Source: Candidatus Bathyarchaeia archaeon (GTDB taxonomy: Archaea > Thermoproteota > Bathyarchaeia > Bathyarchaeales > Bathycorpusculaceae). Taken from it: a stretch of 64,000 nt of DNA. Below, piece by piece: positions 30,873 to 40,271 of the stretch. The number at the start of each line of letters is the position of its first letter. Positions within the stretch are counted from its first letter, which is position 1. The stretch is from positions 128,001-192,000 of the forward strand of contig JBEKHN010000001.1 of the NCBI GenBank assembly GCA_050012255.1, read 5' to 3'. The notes under the pieces are model-generated. The model worked only from the letters and a program-made list of their open reading frames with translations, searched no databases and was not told the origin of the DNA. The position numbers were made by a program, and so were the translations under genes.

Positions 30873-30890
30873 TTTCTAGCCGGCTAGAAA
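30873..30890. terminator. Perfect 18-bp palindrome TTTCTAGCCGGCTAGAAA between convergent genes
   Basis: Self-complementary sequence between the amt and CBS 3' ends; terminator role is inferred. Confidence 0.4.
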
Positions 30891-30947
30891 CTGTTCTCCA
30901 GATTTAAATGGTTCTCTGGCCCGGTTCGCCGCTCTCCCATATCGGCC

Positions 30948-31373
30948 TTAGAGTGGAGAGCTAGTTAGGGCCCCCCAGATTTCCTCAGTCAGGGTTTTCT
31001 TGGACAGTTGGGACAGAAAATCCGACGCAACTATAATTCCTGCCAATGCTCCATCCTCCACGACTGGGAGCCGTCTTATCTTTTGTTCGCACATGATTCT
31101 AGCAGCATCCTTCAGAGGCGTGTGAGCATCAACCGTCTTGAGAGGCGAGGACATAACCTGCGAAACCAGAGTAGTGCAAGGCAGGTTTTCCGCCGCGACT
31201 CTCGTGATAAAGTCTTTCTCGGTCACTATGCCAACGGCGATATTTCCCTCCATAACGACCAAGCTGCTCCGACCACAATCTCTCATAAGCTTCGCAGCTT
31301 CTAGAACCGTTTGCTGCGAACCTATCTTAACGACAGGCCTCATCATCTCTTTAACGACGCGCATAATCTTCAA
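30948..31373 (-). CDS. CBS-pair protein
   Basis: GIVTEKDF, VMSSP, IRRLPVV..GII. Confidence 0.88.
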   Translation of the reverse strand: MKIMRVVKEMMRPVVKIGSQQTVLEAAKLMRDCGRSSLVVMEGNIAVGIVTEKDFITRVAAENLPCTTLVSQVMSSPLKTVDAHTPLKDAARIMCEQKIRRLPVVEDGALAGIIVASDFLSQLSKKTLTEEIWGALTSSPL

Positions 31374-31523
31374 AACAGATCATCCGCGAGAAGCAATTAA
31401 ATCTTGCTAGTATACGTATCAGCGCGCTGCCTTGTCCCTTTATTATGCGTGCCCACTTGAACAGCCACGTAGCTCCGGATCCAACGTGAACAGCCTCACC
31501 GTTTTCAACAATGCTCGCCAACT

Positions 31524-31570
31524 GTATATGCAAAACGTATATGCAAAACGTATATGCAAAATGTATATGC
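31524..31570. repeat. Tandem repeat, about 3.6 copies of 13-bp GTATATGCAAAAC
   Basis: Units start at 31524, 31537, 31550 and 31563 (partial). Confidence 0.9.
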
Positions 31571-31718
31571 TCTTACGCGCGCGCTATCAGCGAATCTAGG
31601 CACAAGCCAGCACGCTATCCTTTTGCCCTGAAAAGCACGTTGTAGCACGACAGTCACACACTTTTATGTCTTCGAAACTCTAATATCCAAAGCACAAGAA
31701 GTAAAATAGTGTGATCAT

Positions 31719-32264
31719 ATGCCTCGAAAAATCATTCTCGCAACGATCTTCGTGCTTCTCATCGGAATATCTGCGGCTTCAGTCAGGATTCAAACGGCGA
31801 GAGCGGCGACGACAGTGAACATCACACTTTACGGTTCAGCAGGCGGATATTACTTAACACCCCCGATTGGCTGGGGTTTAACTACCTCAAACATAACCAG
31901 TCCAGGACCAACAATAACCATTGACCAATACGATTACCTCAACCTGACCTTGTACAGCCAAGACGGTCTCACACACCGATTTTTCCTCGATTACAACAAC
32001 AACAATTTCATCGACCCAGGTGAACCCTCGTCTACTGCATTCTCATCAAGCACCGTCTTCGGGTTTAACGCAACAACGAGCGGAAACTTCACTTACCGAT
32101 GCGCTGTACATCCATCCATAATGTACGGTACACTAATAGTGAACCAGACGGTTCCTGAATTCTCACCACTTCTGATTCTGCCCCTATTCATCGTAGCCAC
32201 CATCGTCGCAACCTTTGCCTACAGGACGAAACGCTCGGCAAAGAAAATGCCTAATATATCCTGA
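31719..32264 (+). CDS. Secreted cupredoxin-domain protein with PEF-CTERM-type sorting signal
   Basis: Signal peptide; H...CxxH-x3-M type-1 Cu ligands (YRCAVHPSIM); C-terminal VPEF + TM helix + basic tail. Confidence 0.82.
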   Translation: MPRKIILATIFVLLIGISAASVRIQTARAATTVNITLYGSAGGYYLTPPIGWGLTTSNITSPGPTITIDQYDYLNLTLYSQDGLTHRFFLDYNNNNFIDPGEPSSTAFSSSTVFGFNATTSGNFTYRCAVHPSIMYGTLIVNQTVPEFSPLLILPLFIVATIVATFAYRTKRSAKKMPNIS

Positions 32265-32375
32265 CAACTGGATAAGACGGACAACACTGACTTCGATTTT
32301 AGACACAGTGTGGGGTAGCTGAAAGAGAGGGGAAAATTTTTTAATCAGAAACCATACCCTTCCCAAACGGTCAAT

Positions 32376-33077
32376 ATGAAATTCGAAACAAAAGTCACCG
32401 ACATAATACAGAGGGCCTACAACGTGAAAAGTGTGAGGTTCTCTAGGCCCGCCTCGTTCAATTACAAACCTGGGCAATTCATGTTCATCACGATCAAGAG
32501 CGAACAGAACGAACTCCTGAAGAAGCATTTTACGATTTCAAGCAGTCCAACCGAACGAGAGCACATAGAATTTACGAAGAAACTCACGGATCACCCCTTC
32601 TCCAGAACGCTAAACGCGTTAAGAGTTGGTGACTGGGCGGCTATAGATGGTCCTTACGGGGATTTTACGTTTGAAGGTGAATTTGAAAAGATTGGCCTCC
32701 TCTCAGGCGGGATTGGAATAACCCCTCTGCGAAGCATATGCAAGTATTGTTTGGACACAAGGTCAAGGACAAAGATAGCGCTTCTGTACGGCAACCGCGC
32801 AGAAGAAGATATCGTGTTCAGAAAAGAGTTAGAGGACATGCAGAAGCTGAACAGCAACTTTAGAGTCGCGTTTGTAATCGCTGAGGCAAGCGATGGATGG
32901 ACTGGTTACGTGGGAAGAATCGACGCTGACATGATAAAAAAGGAAATACCAGACTATATGGAAACGATGTTCTACACGTGCGGGCCCCCAGCGATGGTCG
33001 AAGCTATGGAAAAGTTGCTCAAAGAGCTTGACGTTCCCGAGAAGCAGATCAAGACTGAAGAGTTTCCAGGCTCTTAG
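32376..33077 (+). CDS. FAD/NAD(P)-binding ferredoxin reductase-like oxidoreductase
   Basis: PGQF, HFTISSSP, GPYG, GGIGITP, YTCGPPAM, EEF. Confidence 0.88.
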   Translation: MKFETKVTDIIQRAYNVKSVRFSRPASFNYKPGQFMFITIKSEQNELLKKHFTISSSPTEREHIEFTKKLTDHPFSRTLNALRVGDWAAIDGPYGDFTFEGEFEKIGLLSGGIGITPLRSICKYCLDTRSRTKIALLYGNRAEEDIVFRKELEDMQKLNSNFRVAFVIAEASDGWTGYVGRIDADMIKKEIPDYMETMFYTCGPPAMVEAMEKLLKELDVPEKQIKTEEFPGS

Positions 33078-33144
33078 GATTTGACATTCAAAACGCAAAA
33101 GACCGTAGAACCTGAGTGCCCGGATGGGCCAGTATTGGGAAATG

Positions 33145-34647
33145 TCATTCTGTATCAATCTGTGCCCTTTGCAATTTTCCAGAATAGTCGATGTAGACCG
33201 TCTTGGTCTCAGAGAACTCGTCTATCCCTTCAATGCCGCCTTCCCTTGTTCCTATGCCTGTGTGCTTCACTCCTCCGAAGGGAAGGTGAACTTCGGACCC
33301 AATCGTGCTCGAGTTGATGTAGGTCAACCCTGCCCTGATTTTCGTGATAGCCTCGCATGCCCTGCTTATGTCACGGGTGTAGATCGCGGAGCTCAACCCA
33401 TACTCCACTGAGTTCATCACGTCTATTGCTTCGTCAAAATCCTTCACCGAGATGAGCGAGACAACTGGACCGAATATTTCCTCCTGTGCGATTCTCATCT
33501 CGGCCGTGCAATCCGTAAACAACGTTGGCTCGAAGAAGAAACCATCCGTCTTGGGAATTCTACCTCCAATCACCAGTTTGGCACCCTCATCTTTTCCGAT
33601 TTCAGCGTACTTCGCACTCTTTTCCTGCGCAACCCTGTTTACCAAGGGACCAACGTCTGTTTCAGCTTTCAGTCCATCGCCCAGCCGCAGTTTTCTTATT
33701 CTGCTTACCAGCATCTTCTCAAACTTGCTTCTGACCTTCTCATGAACTACTACCCTAGAAGCTGCGGTGCACCTCTGTCCCGTTGTCCCGTACCCGCCCC
33801 ATATCACTCCCTCCAAGGCAAGGTTCAAGTCAGCGTCGTCCATCACAATGATGCCGTTCTTTCCGCCCATTTCCAGACCAACCTTCTTGACACCTGCTTC
33901 TCTCAGAATCAGAGCGCCAGTGTCTTTGTGCCCCGTGAATGAAATCGCTCCGACTTTCTCATGCCTCACAAGGCTCATGCCCACATCATCACCTGAGCCA
34001 GTAACCATGTTCAAGACACCTCTAGGCAGCCCAGCCTTCTCCAAGATTTCTACGAGTCTCGTTGCACAGAGCGGCGTGTCAGACGAAGGCTTAAAAACCA
34101 CAGTGTTTCCGCAGACCAGTGCAGTCATGATCTTCCACGCCGGGATAGCCATCGGAAAGTTCCAGGGTGTTATCAACCCACAAACGCCAACGGGCATCCT
34201 CACGGTTAAGCAGAGCTTCTTCCTCAATTCTGAAGGCGTGGTAAAACCGAGCAGGCGCCTGCCCTCACCAGCCATATTCTCTGTGGTGTCTATCGCTTCC
34301 TGAACGTCCCCTCTGGATTCTAGGATGACCTTTCCCATCTCCATAGTCATTTCTCTTGCAAACTGTTCCTTGTTCTCTCGCAGCAACTGGGCAGCCTTAA
34401 GAAGAATTGACCCTCTTCTCGGCGCCGGTGTTTCACTCCAGCTTTCAAAGGCTTTTTCAGCAGCCTCCACAGCCTTGTCAACGTCTTCCTTGCAGCCTTT
34501 CTGGAAGATTCCAAGAACCTGCTTTGGCCTAGCAGGGTTGTCGCTTGCAAATGTCTCATGAGAAACAGAATCAACCCACGCACCGTTTATGTAAAGCCTA
34601 TAATTCTCATCGTCTTTCATGTTCTCATTACTGTAATCGCCGTTCAA
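33145..34647 (-). CDS. Aldehyde dehydrogenase
   Basis: ITPWNFP, FTG, LEMGGKN, GQRCTA, EEIFGP. Confidence 0.93.
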   Translation of the reverse strand: MNGDYSNENMKDDENYRLYINGAWVDSVSHETFASDNPARPKQVLGIFQKGCKEDVDKAVEAAEKAFESWSETPAPRRGSILLKAAQLLRENKEQFAREMTMEMGKVILESRGDVQEAIDTTENMAGEGRRLLGFTTPSELRKKLCLTVRMPVGVCGLITPWNFPMAIPAWKIMTALVCGNTVVFKPSSDTPLCATRLVEILEKAGLPRGVLNMVTGSGDDVGMSLVRHEKVGAISFTGHKDTGALILREAGVKKVGLEMGGKNGIIVMDDADLNLALEGVIWGGYGTTGQRCTAASRVVVHEKVRSKFEKMLVSRIRKLRLGDGLKAETDVGPLVNRVAQEKSAKYAEIGKDEGAKLVIGGRIPKTDGFFFEPTLFTDCTAEMRIAQEEIFGPVVSLISVKDFDEAIDVMNSVEYGLSSAIYTRDISRACEAITKIRAGLTYINSSTIGSEVHLPFGGVKHTGIGTREGGIEGIDEFSETKTVYIDYSGKLQRAQIDTE

Positions 34648-34752
34648 CTTTTTATGACTTACCTCAGCAAGCGCGAGGATGGAAAGGACAAGAAGTCAAG
34701 CAAACCTAAATTGCAGTTTGTGTTCTGATACCTAAAAAGGGGCGGCCAGTGT

Positions 34753-35178
34753 TTGGAAGACTGTGTATTTTGCAGGATAGCAAGAAAAGAAGAGCATGCA
34801 AGTTTTGTTTACGAAGATAAAGATGTCGTAGCGTTCTTGGATTCGACACCGGTTAATGAAGGTCACACGCTTGTAATACCAAGAAAGCATTATGAAAATA
34901 TTTTTGAGGTTCCAGATGAAGAGGTTGCAAATCTCTTCAAGATCGTGAAGAAACTAGCCTGTGGCATTTCGAAGAGCGAGAAAGCTGAGGGAATAAGTAT
35001 AGTCCAGAACAACGGAGAAGCTGCTCATCAAATCGTATTTCACTTTCATGTTCACATAATTCCTAGGCATTGGGGACAGGATTCACACAGACCCCGTGGA
35101 ACTGTTGAACAGAACGAACTGGACAGGGTTGCAGCCAAGATAAGAAAATTCTTAGACGAGAGCAAGATGAATCATTGA
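34753..35178 (+). CDS. hit: HIT-family hydrolase
   Basis: CVFC, GHTLVIP, HFHVHIIPR. Confidence 0.92.
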   Translation: MEDCVFCRIARKEEHASFVYEDKDVVAFLDSTPVNEGHTLVIPRKHYENIFEVPDEEVANLFKIVKKLACGISKSEKAEGISIVQNNGEAAHQIVFHFHVHIIPRHWGQDSHRPRGTVEQNELDRVAAKIRKFLDESKMNH

Positions 35179-35247
35179 TAGGCATCTAGACCACCCTTCG
35201 TCAAAAAAAGGGATTTTAAACCTGGCAACACAAATATATAATGATGG

Positions 35248-35658
35248 CTAACGTGTGGATAGCAATGATTTGGCTAGTTCTCTGACTTTGTCTTCAACCT
35301 GTTTGTAGATCTTCTCCGCATCTTTGTGATCTAAATAGTATGGGTCTTCAACACTCCACACAACTGTTCTCTGTTCACATTCTGCACACATGGCTACAAC
35401 GGCGTCCTTGTGACGTTGCTCCATGGCTACGATCAGGTCGTAATCTTTGAGTCGCTTGCTCGTCAGGTTTTCGGGAACTCTTTTAAGATATTTTCCTGCA
35501 TTTTCTTTTGCCAAGTATTCTTTTATCTTTTCTGAGATCGGAATAGAAGTGCTTATTCCGGCTGACTCCACTTCTAAGTCGGGTCTCAGCTTCTTCAGGA
35601 GTGCTTCTGCTAACGGACTGCGGTGAGCGTTGCCAGAGCACACAAACAATACCCTCAT
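35248..35658 (-). CDS. Low-molecular-weight protein-tyrosine phosphatase / arsenate reductase family
   Basis: VLFVCSGNAHRS P-loop, DPY; ATG at 35658. Confidence 0.88.
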   Translation of the reverse strand: MRVLFVCSGNAHRSPLAEALLKKLRPDLEVESAGISTSIPISEKIKEYLAKENAGKYLKRVPENLTSKRLKDYDLIVAMEQRHKDAVVAMCAECEQRTVVWSVEDPYYLDHKDAEKIYKQVEDKVRELAKSLLSTR

Positions 35659-35772
35659 GACTTTCACAAGCTTTAGATGGCATACCCGCACCTTATATAG
35701 AGCGTTTTTCAAGTTCGCGCTCATCTATGGCTCGTAGAAACATTTGTATTCGAGAGGTTCGACAGAAGAGCT

Positions 35773-37167
35773 GTGATGTTTATGAAGACCAGAAAAGAAC
35801 GAGACATGCTCGGGGAGATGCCGGTTCCAAAGGCCGCGTACTGGGGAATAAACACTCAGAGAGCGATTCAAAACTTCCAGATAAGCGGCAGAAGGTTCCC
35901 GAAGTCTTTCATCACGTCTTTGGCCAAGGTGAAGAAGGCGTGTGTGAAGGCAAACATTCAACTTGGCGAAATAGACGAACGTAGAGCGAACCCGATAATT
36001 CAAGCGATTGATGAACTCGTAGAGGAAGACAAGTGGTTGGATCAGTTTCCGCTTGACGTTTTTCAAACAGGTTCCGGGACTCAGATAAACATGAACATGA
36101 ACGAAGTCCTGGCGAACAGAGCCAATGAGATCCTGGGGCATCCGTTGGGAAGCAAGTTTCCCGTCCATCCGAACGATCACGTGAACAGGAGTCAGTCGTC
36201 GAATGACGTGATACCAACGGCCATGCATCTGTGTGCCCTAGAGCTTGTGAACTCTAAGCTGCTTCCAGCCCTGGAGACTTTAAAGAAGAGCCTTCGACGA
36301 AAAATAGGGGAATTCAGGGGCGTCGTGAAAGTAGGTAGGACGCACCTTCAAGACGCGGTGCCTATCTACCTGTCCACAGAGTTTGAGGTTTATGAAAGAC
36401 AGGTTGAACTGAGCCAGCTACGCCTGAAAAACGCTTGTGACGAGCTTTGTCTCGTTCCCATCGGGGGAACGGCAGTCGGCACAGGAGTGAACGCTGACAA
36501 GAGCTTCGGCAAGCTGACTGTCTCCCACCTGAAAGAAATCACGGGTCTTCCTTTCAGACTCAACCCAGTCAAGGCTGAAGGAATCGCATCTCACAACTCA
36601 ATCGTAAAAGCAAGCGGCGAACTGCGCCTCCTAGCCCTTTCAACCTTAAAGATGGCCAACGACATCCGCTGGATGGGAAGCGGCCCACGTGCGGGCCTAG
36701 GAGAGCTCACACTTCCCGCAAACGAACCCGGCTCGTCGATGATGCCCGGCAAGGTCAACCCCACGCAGGCCGAAGCATTGATACAGGTTTGCCTGCAAGT
36801 CGTAGGAAACGACACAACCATCTCGTTTGCCGAAGCCTTCGGCAGCACACTCGACCTGAACGTGACCAAACCGTTATTGATCACCAACCTCACCGAGGCG
36901 ATTGAACTTCTCACGAACGGGATTAACTCCTTCGTGAAAAACTGCCTGAACGGACTGAAAGCAAACAAGGAACACATCAAATCCCAGCTTGAAAGGAACC
37001 TGATGATCGCCACAAACCTGGTTCCGATAATAGGCTACGACAAAGCTTCAGAAATAGCCCAGACTGCAGCCAAAACCGGCAAAACCATAAAACAAGTGAT
37101 AGTCGACGCAGACTTAAAGATCAAGGGAGACCTGGACAAGATTCTTGACCCAAGGAAAATGGTCTAG
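35773..37167 (+). CDS. fumC: Class II fumarate hydratase (fumarase/aspartase family)
   Basis: QTGSGT, GRTHLQDA, GSSMMPGKVNPTQAE. Confidence 0.9.
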   Translation: MMFMKTRKERDMLGEMPVPKAAYWGINTQRAIQNFQISGRRFPKSFITSLAKVKKACVKANIQLGEIDERRANPIIQAIDELVEEDKWLDQFPLDVFQTGSGTQINMNMNEVLANRANEILGHPLGSKFPVHPNDHVNRSQSSNDVIPTAMHLCALELVNSKLLPALETLKKSLRRKIGEFRGVVKVGRTHLQDAVPIYLSTEFEVYERQVELSQLRLKNACDELCLVPIGGTAVGTGVNADKSFGKLTVSHLKEITGLPFRLNPVKAEGIASHNSIVKASGELRLLALSTLKMANDIRWMGSGPRAGLGELTLPANEPGSSMMPGKVNPTQAEALIQVCLQVVGNDTTISFAEAFGSTLDLNVTKPLLITNLTEAIELLTNGINSFVKNCLNGLKANKEHIKSQLERNLMIATNLVPIIGYDKASEIAQTAAKTGKTIKQVIVDADLKIKGDLDKILDPRKMV

Positions 37168-37253
37168 CAAAGCGTGCCATCCTGCTCTCCATGCTGCAAA
37201 CGCGCTCTAGACGCATTGTTGAAAACGAGGACACAACCACGAACAAGGCTCTG

Positions 37254-37347
37254 AAAGTCTCCACCGAGGAGTCGCCAACAGTACTTGCTAAGAAAAAAAC
37301 CTAGGGAGGTAGGTGTGTTAGACGGGTGAAAACGCGAAACAGGGAAT
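37254..37347 (-). repeat. Dispersed intergenic repeat, copy 1 (3' of mcm)
   Basis: 37315-37347 matches the reverse complement of 60902-60934 at 31/33; further shared blocks AAAAACCTAGG and CAACAGTAC. Confidence 0.8.
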
Positions 37348-37370
37348 ATAATGTCAGCCGAATCACACGT

Positions 37371-39407
37371 TTAAGTCTTCTTCAGGTAGCCCTCCCTGGG
37401 CTCGTAAATCGTGCCCTCCCGCAGCAACTGTCCGAGAAGACGCTCCGCGTCGCCCCTCGAAACCTTGTACTTCTCCTCAAGCTCAGCTTCCAACGCGGCT
37501 CTCTCAACCATCCCCGTTTGCTTCTCCATGTCCATCAGCGTGGTCAGGATCACTTGCAGCCTGTCCCTCATGCTCTTGGACTTTCCTGTCATTATGATGT
37601 CAATGTCTATCTTGTAGGAAGACAAGTCTATCCCAACCTCCTCCAGCGACCTCTTCATAATCGCAACCGCAGCCTCAGCGTCCTCAGCCAGCACCTCCTT
37701 TCTTAGAGCTGCGCGGGCTCTTGCCTCCGCCGTGCGAACAAGCGACTCCAACTGACGCGCGGTGATCGCAACGGGCGAGCCCTCAGTCTCGCTTGCCGAA
37801 CGCATAGCCAGATAGAAATCGTTCAGACGCTTCAGAGCCTCCTCAGTCAACACAGGCTTGACGCTCTTAGCATAACTGATGTACTTCCGCAGCAGCTCCG
37901 CAGAGATCGGCGGCTCAACCGGGCTTGAACCCTTCCTATGAAGCTCAAGGATGTGCAGCGACATCTTGCTGTCCGACTCCTTGTTCGGAACGTCCCTCAG
38001 AACAAAGATCAGGTCAAACCTGGAAAGTATCGTAACCGGCAGAGAGATGTTCTCGGCAACCGTGCGATGCGGCTCGTACCTCCCCAACGCAGGGTTCGCC
38101 GCCGCAAGTATAGCCGCCCTCGCGTTAAGCGTAGCAACGATGCCGCCCTTCGCCACTGAAACGGTGTGCTGCTCCATAGCCTCATGAATGGCCACCCTGT
38201 CATCTGGACGCATCTTATCCATCTCATCGATGCAAGCGATTCCCTTGTCAGCCAGCACCAAAGCCCCAGCCTCAAGACTCATGCCGCCGCCCTTCTCCCT
38301 GATCACCGCAGCAGTCAAGCCCGCAGCGGTCGTGCCACGGCCAGAAGTGTACAACCCGCGCGGCGCGATCCGCGCAACGTACTGCAACAGCTGAGACTTG
38401 GCAGTCCCAGGGTCCCCAACCAACAAGGCGTTCATCTCACCCCGTATCGTGATGTCCGGCAGAGTCTTGGGCACCCCGCCGAAGAGAAGGTACATAATCG
38501 CCTCCTTGATGTGGTCGTAGCCATAGATCGACGGAGCAATCGAACTCACTATCTTTCGATGCACCCAAGGATCCTTCGCAAGCGCAACGATCTTCTCCTC
38601 CTCCTCAGGCGACGGCATAGCAGTCTCAGGCTCCTTGCCCAACACCTCGATCGAGTTAGCTTCCAAGTGAAGAATGAACGTGCGAAGCTTTCCAACCCCG
38701 GGAAGCGTTGACGCCTGAGCACGAACCTGACCCACGGCGGAGACATCGTCACCCGGCCTCGCGACATCAACGATCTCCTCTCCAACAAGCTTGATGCCTA
38801 ACGTTCTGGGCAACTGCCCCGGCGGAAGGTCTTCTGGCCTCTCCTGAATCCGCAGGTCCTGCGAGTCTATGAAGGTAGATTCCTCCTGAACGAACTCGAA
38901 AGGACCCTTAGACCTGCAGTCCGGACTGCTACAAGCAAAAGGCCCCCGGAGGAAGCTGCCTGCTTGGTTCACCGGGTTCATCGTCCTACACCTCTTACAC
39001 CTGAAAACGGCCTGCATAACCATCGGCCGTACCGGTGACGAGCGAACAACGATGCCCTCAACCATGACAAGCTTGCCTATCTGCTCCGAACCTAGTTTGC
39101 GCAGCGGCGCCGCTTCTAAAAGCTTAACAATTCTAACATCTAAGCCCGCTATCTTCTCTGCATACTCAGGGTCCTCGATCTGCAGTTGCGCATAGGCCGC
39201 GTTGTTAGCGTGCTTCAAGTACTCATCAGGCCTTTCCAGAAGCTCTTCAGTCAGCTTCTGGTCAAAAGCCAAGAGGTCTTCAAAATCCACAGTCAAAGAT
39301 GTCTTTCCAGACATCGCCATCTGGGAGATCCTCTGCCTGTACTGCTCAGTCTTCAAGAAATTCTGGAAACGCTCCTGCGGGTCTCCAAGTTCCAGTTCTT
39401 CTACCAC
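37371..39407 (-). CDS. mcm: Replicative helicase MCM
   Basis: Zn finger, GDPGTAKSQLL, IDEMDKM, SRFD; no intein. Confidence 0.97.
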   Translation of the reverse strand: MVEELELGDPQERFQNFLKTEQYRQRISQMAMSGKTSLTVDFEDLLAFDQKLTEELLERPDEYLKHANNAAYAQLQIEDPEYAEKIAGLDVRIVKLLEAAPLRKLGSEQIGKLVMVEGIVVRSSPVRPMVMQAVFRCKRCRTMNPVNQAGSFLRGPFACSSPDCRSKGPFEFVQEESTFIDSQDLRIQERPEDLPPGQLPRTLGIKLVGEEIVDVARPGDDVSAVGQVRAQASTLPGVGKLRTFILHLEANSIEVLGKEPETAMPSPEEEEKIVALAKDPWVHRKIVSSIAPSIYGYDHIKEAIMYLLFGGVPKTLPDITIRGEMNALLVGDPGTAKSQLLQYVARIAPRGLYTSGRGTTAAGLTAAVIREKGGGMSLEAGALVLADKGIACIDEMDKMRPDDRVAIHEAMEQHTVSVAKGGIVATLNARAAILAAANPALGRYEPHRTVAENISLPVTILSRFDLIFVLRDVPNKESDSKMSLHILELHRKGSSPVEPPISAELLRKYISYAKSVKPVLTEEALKRLNDFYLAMRSASETEGSPVAITARQLESLVRTAEARARAALRKEVLAEDAEAAVAIMKRSLEEVGIDLSSYKIDIDIIMTGKSKSMRDRLQVILTTLMDMEKQTGMVERAALEAELEEKYKVSRGDAERLLGQLLREGTIYEPREGYLKKT

Positions 39408-39974
39408 CTACTCCCCTCCCCTGCGCTCCAATATCTTCGTCTTCCAATGATTGATAACGCTGAAAAGCCGTTCGTACAGAAGCCTCTCCTCTCCAGTGAA
39501 GTCTCGAAGCCTGCTCTCAGTCTGCGCGGGTGCCGACGCGATCGACACGACCTTCTTCAACCTTGAATTAACGATGTCCGTCGCCAACTGATCAGCTCTT
39601 TCATACTCCCTCATCTTCTCCGGGTTGTTGGCCACGCCCTCTCGCAACTCTGCAAGACACCGCCGAAGCCTCGGATAAAAACCCTCAGGAAGCTTAGACA
39701 CCTGCCCAGCCGTTTGGACACGCTCTGTCCACTGAATCTTGCCCAGCTTACCAATGTCAAGCTGGTCTTCCCCGTGAAAGTGAACAATCCCAGACTTTGC
39801 AAGCTCTGAAGCCACCCAAAAACAGACCTCGTACTCGTTTCCTTCCTCGAAGGGTCCAACGCTCAACCCCGCAAGCTTGATCTCTGCACAATTTCTGTTG
39901 GCTACGATCCTCACGGGCGAATTCTCGAATATGAAGTCCAGACTGTCCATTCTCATCGAAGCTGTCTTCGCCAT
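39408..39974 (-). CDS. gins23: GINS complex protein Gins23
   Basis: Immediately upstream of mcm; WVASEL, LPEGFY, RLKKVV, TGEERLLY; start uncertain. Confidence 0.8.
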   Translation of the reverse strand: MAKTASMRMDSLDFIFENSPVRIVANRNCAEIKLAGLSVGPFEEGNEYEVCFWVASELAKSGIVHFHGEDQLDIGKLGKIQWTERVQTAGQVSKLPEGFYPRLRRCLAELREGVANNPEKMREYERADQLATDIVNSRLKKVVSIASAPAQTESRLRDFTGEERLLYERLFSVINHWKTKILERRGGE

Positions 39975-40271
39975 CTCCTGCCCCTTCTCGCGCTTGACTC
40001 TAAAGCAAGTCACTTAGAGCAGATATAAGAAGAGCAGTTTAAAAGTTTAGTTAGGTTTACCGACAAGTAACGTTCTATACGTATAAAACGGTTTAATTTT
40101 AGGGCAGATTTCCCCAGCACTATATTAACTAAGTATAGTAATAGCGAAAAAATAAAAGGTTTCTTCCTTGCTGGCGGCAAACAGCTAGCGCGTGCGAGTT
40201 TTCCCGCGCTAATGACTCATTTTTCGGTCTATTGCGTCTCTTATCCGCTGTCGCCCAAAGAATAAGGGAGG

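Noticed and set aside
31524-31570. CRISPR array
   Set aside because: 13-bp units are contiguous with no spacers; no cas genes
40014-40226. Replication origin in the AT-rich stretch upstream of gins23-mcm
   Set aside because: No ORB repeats or cdc6/orc1 gene; explained by promoter sequence
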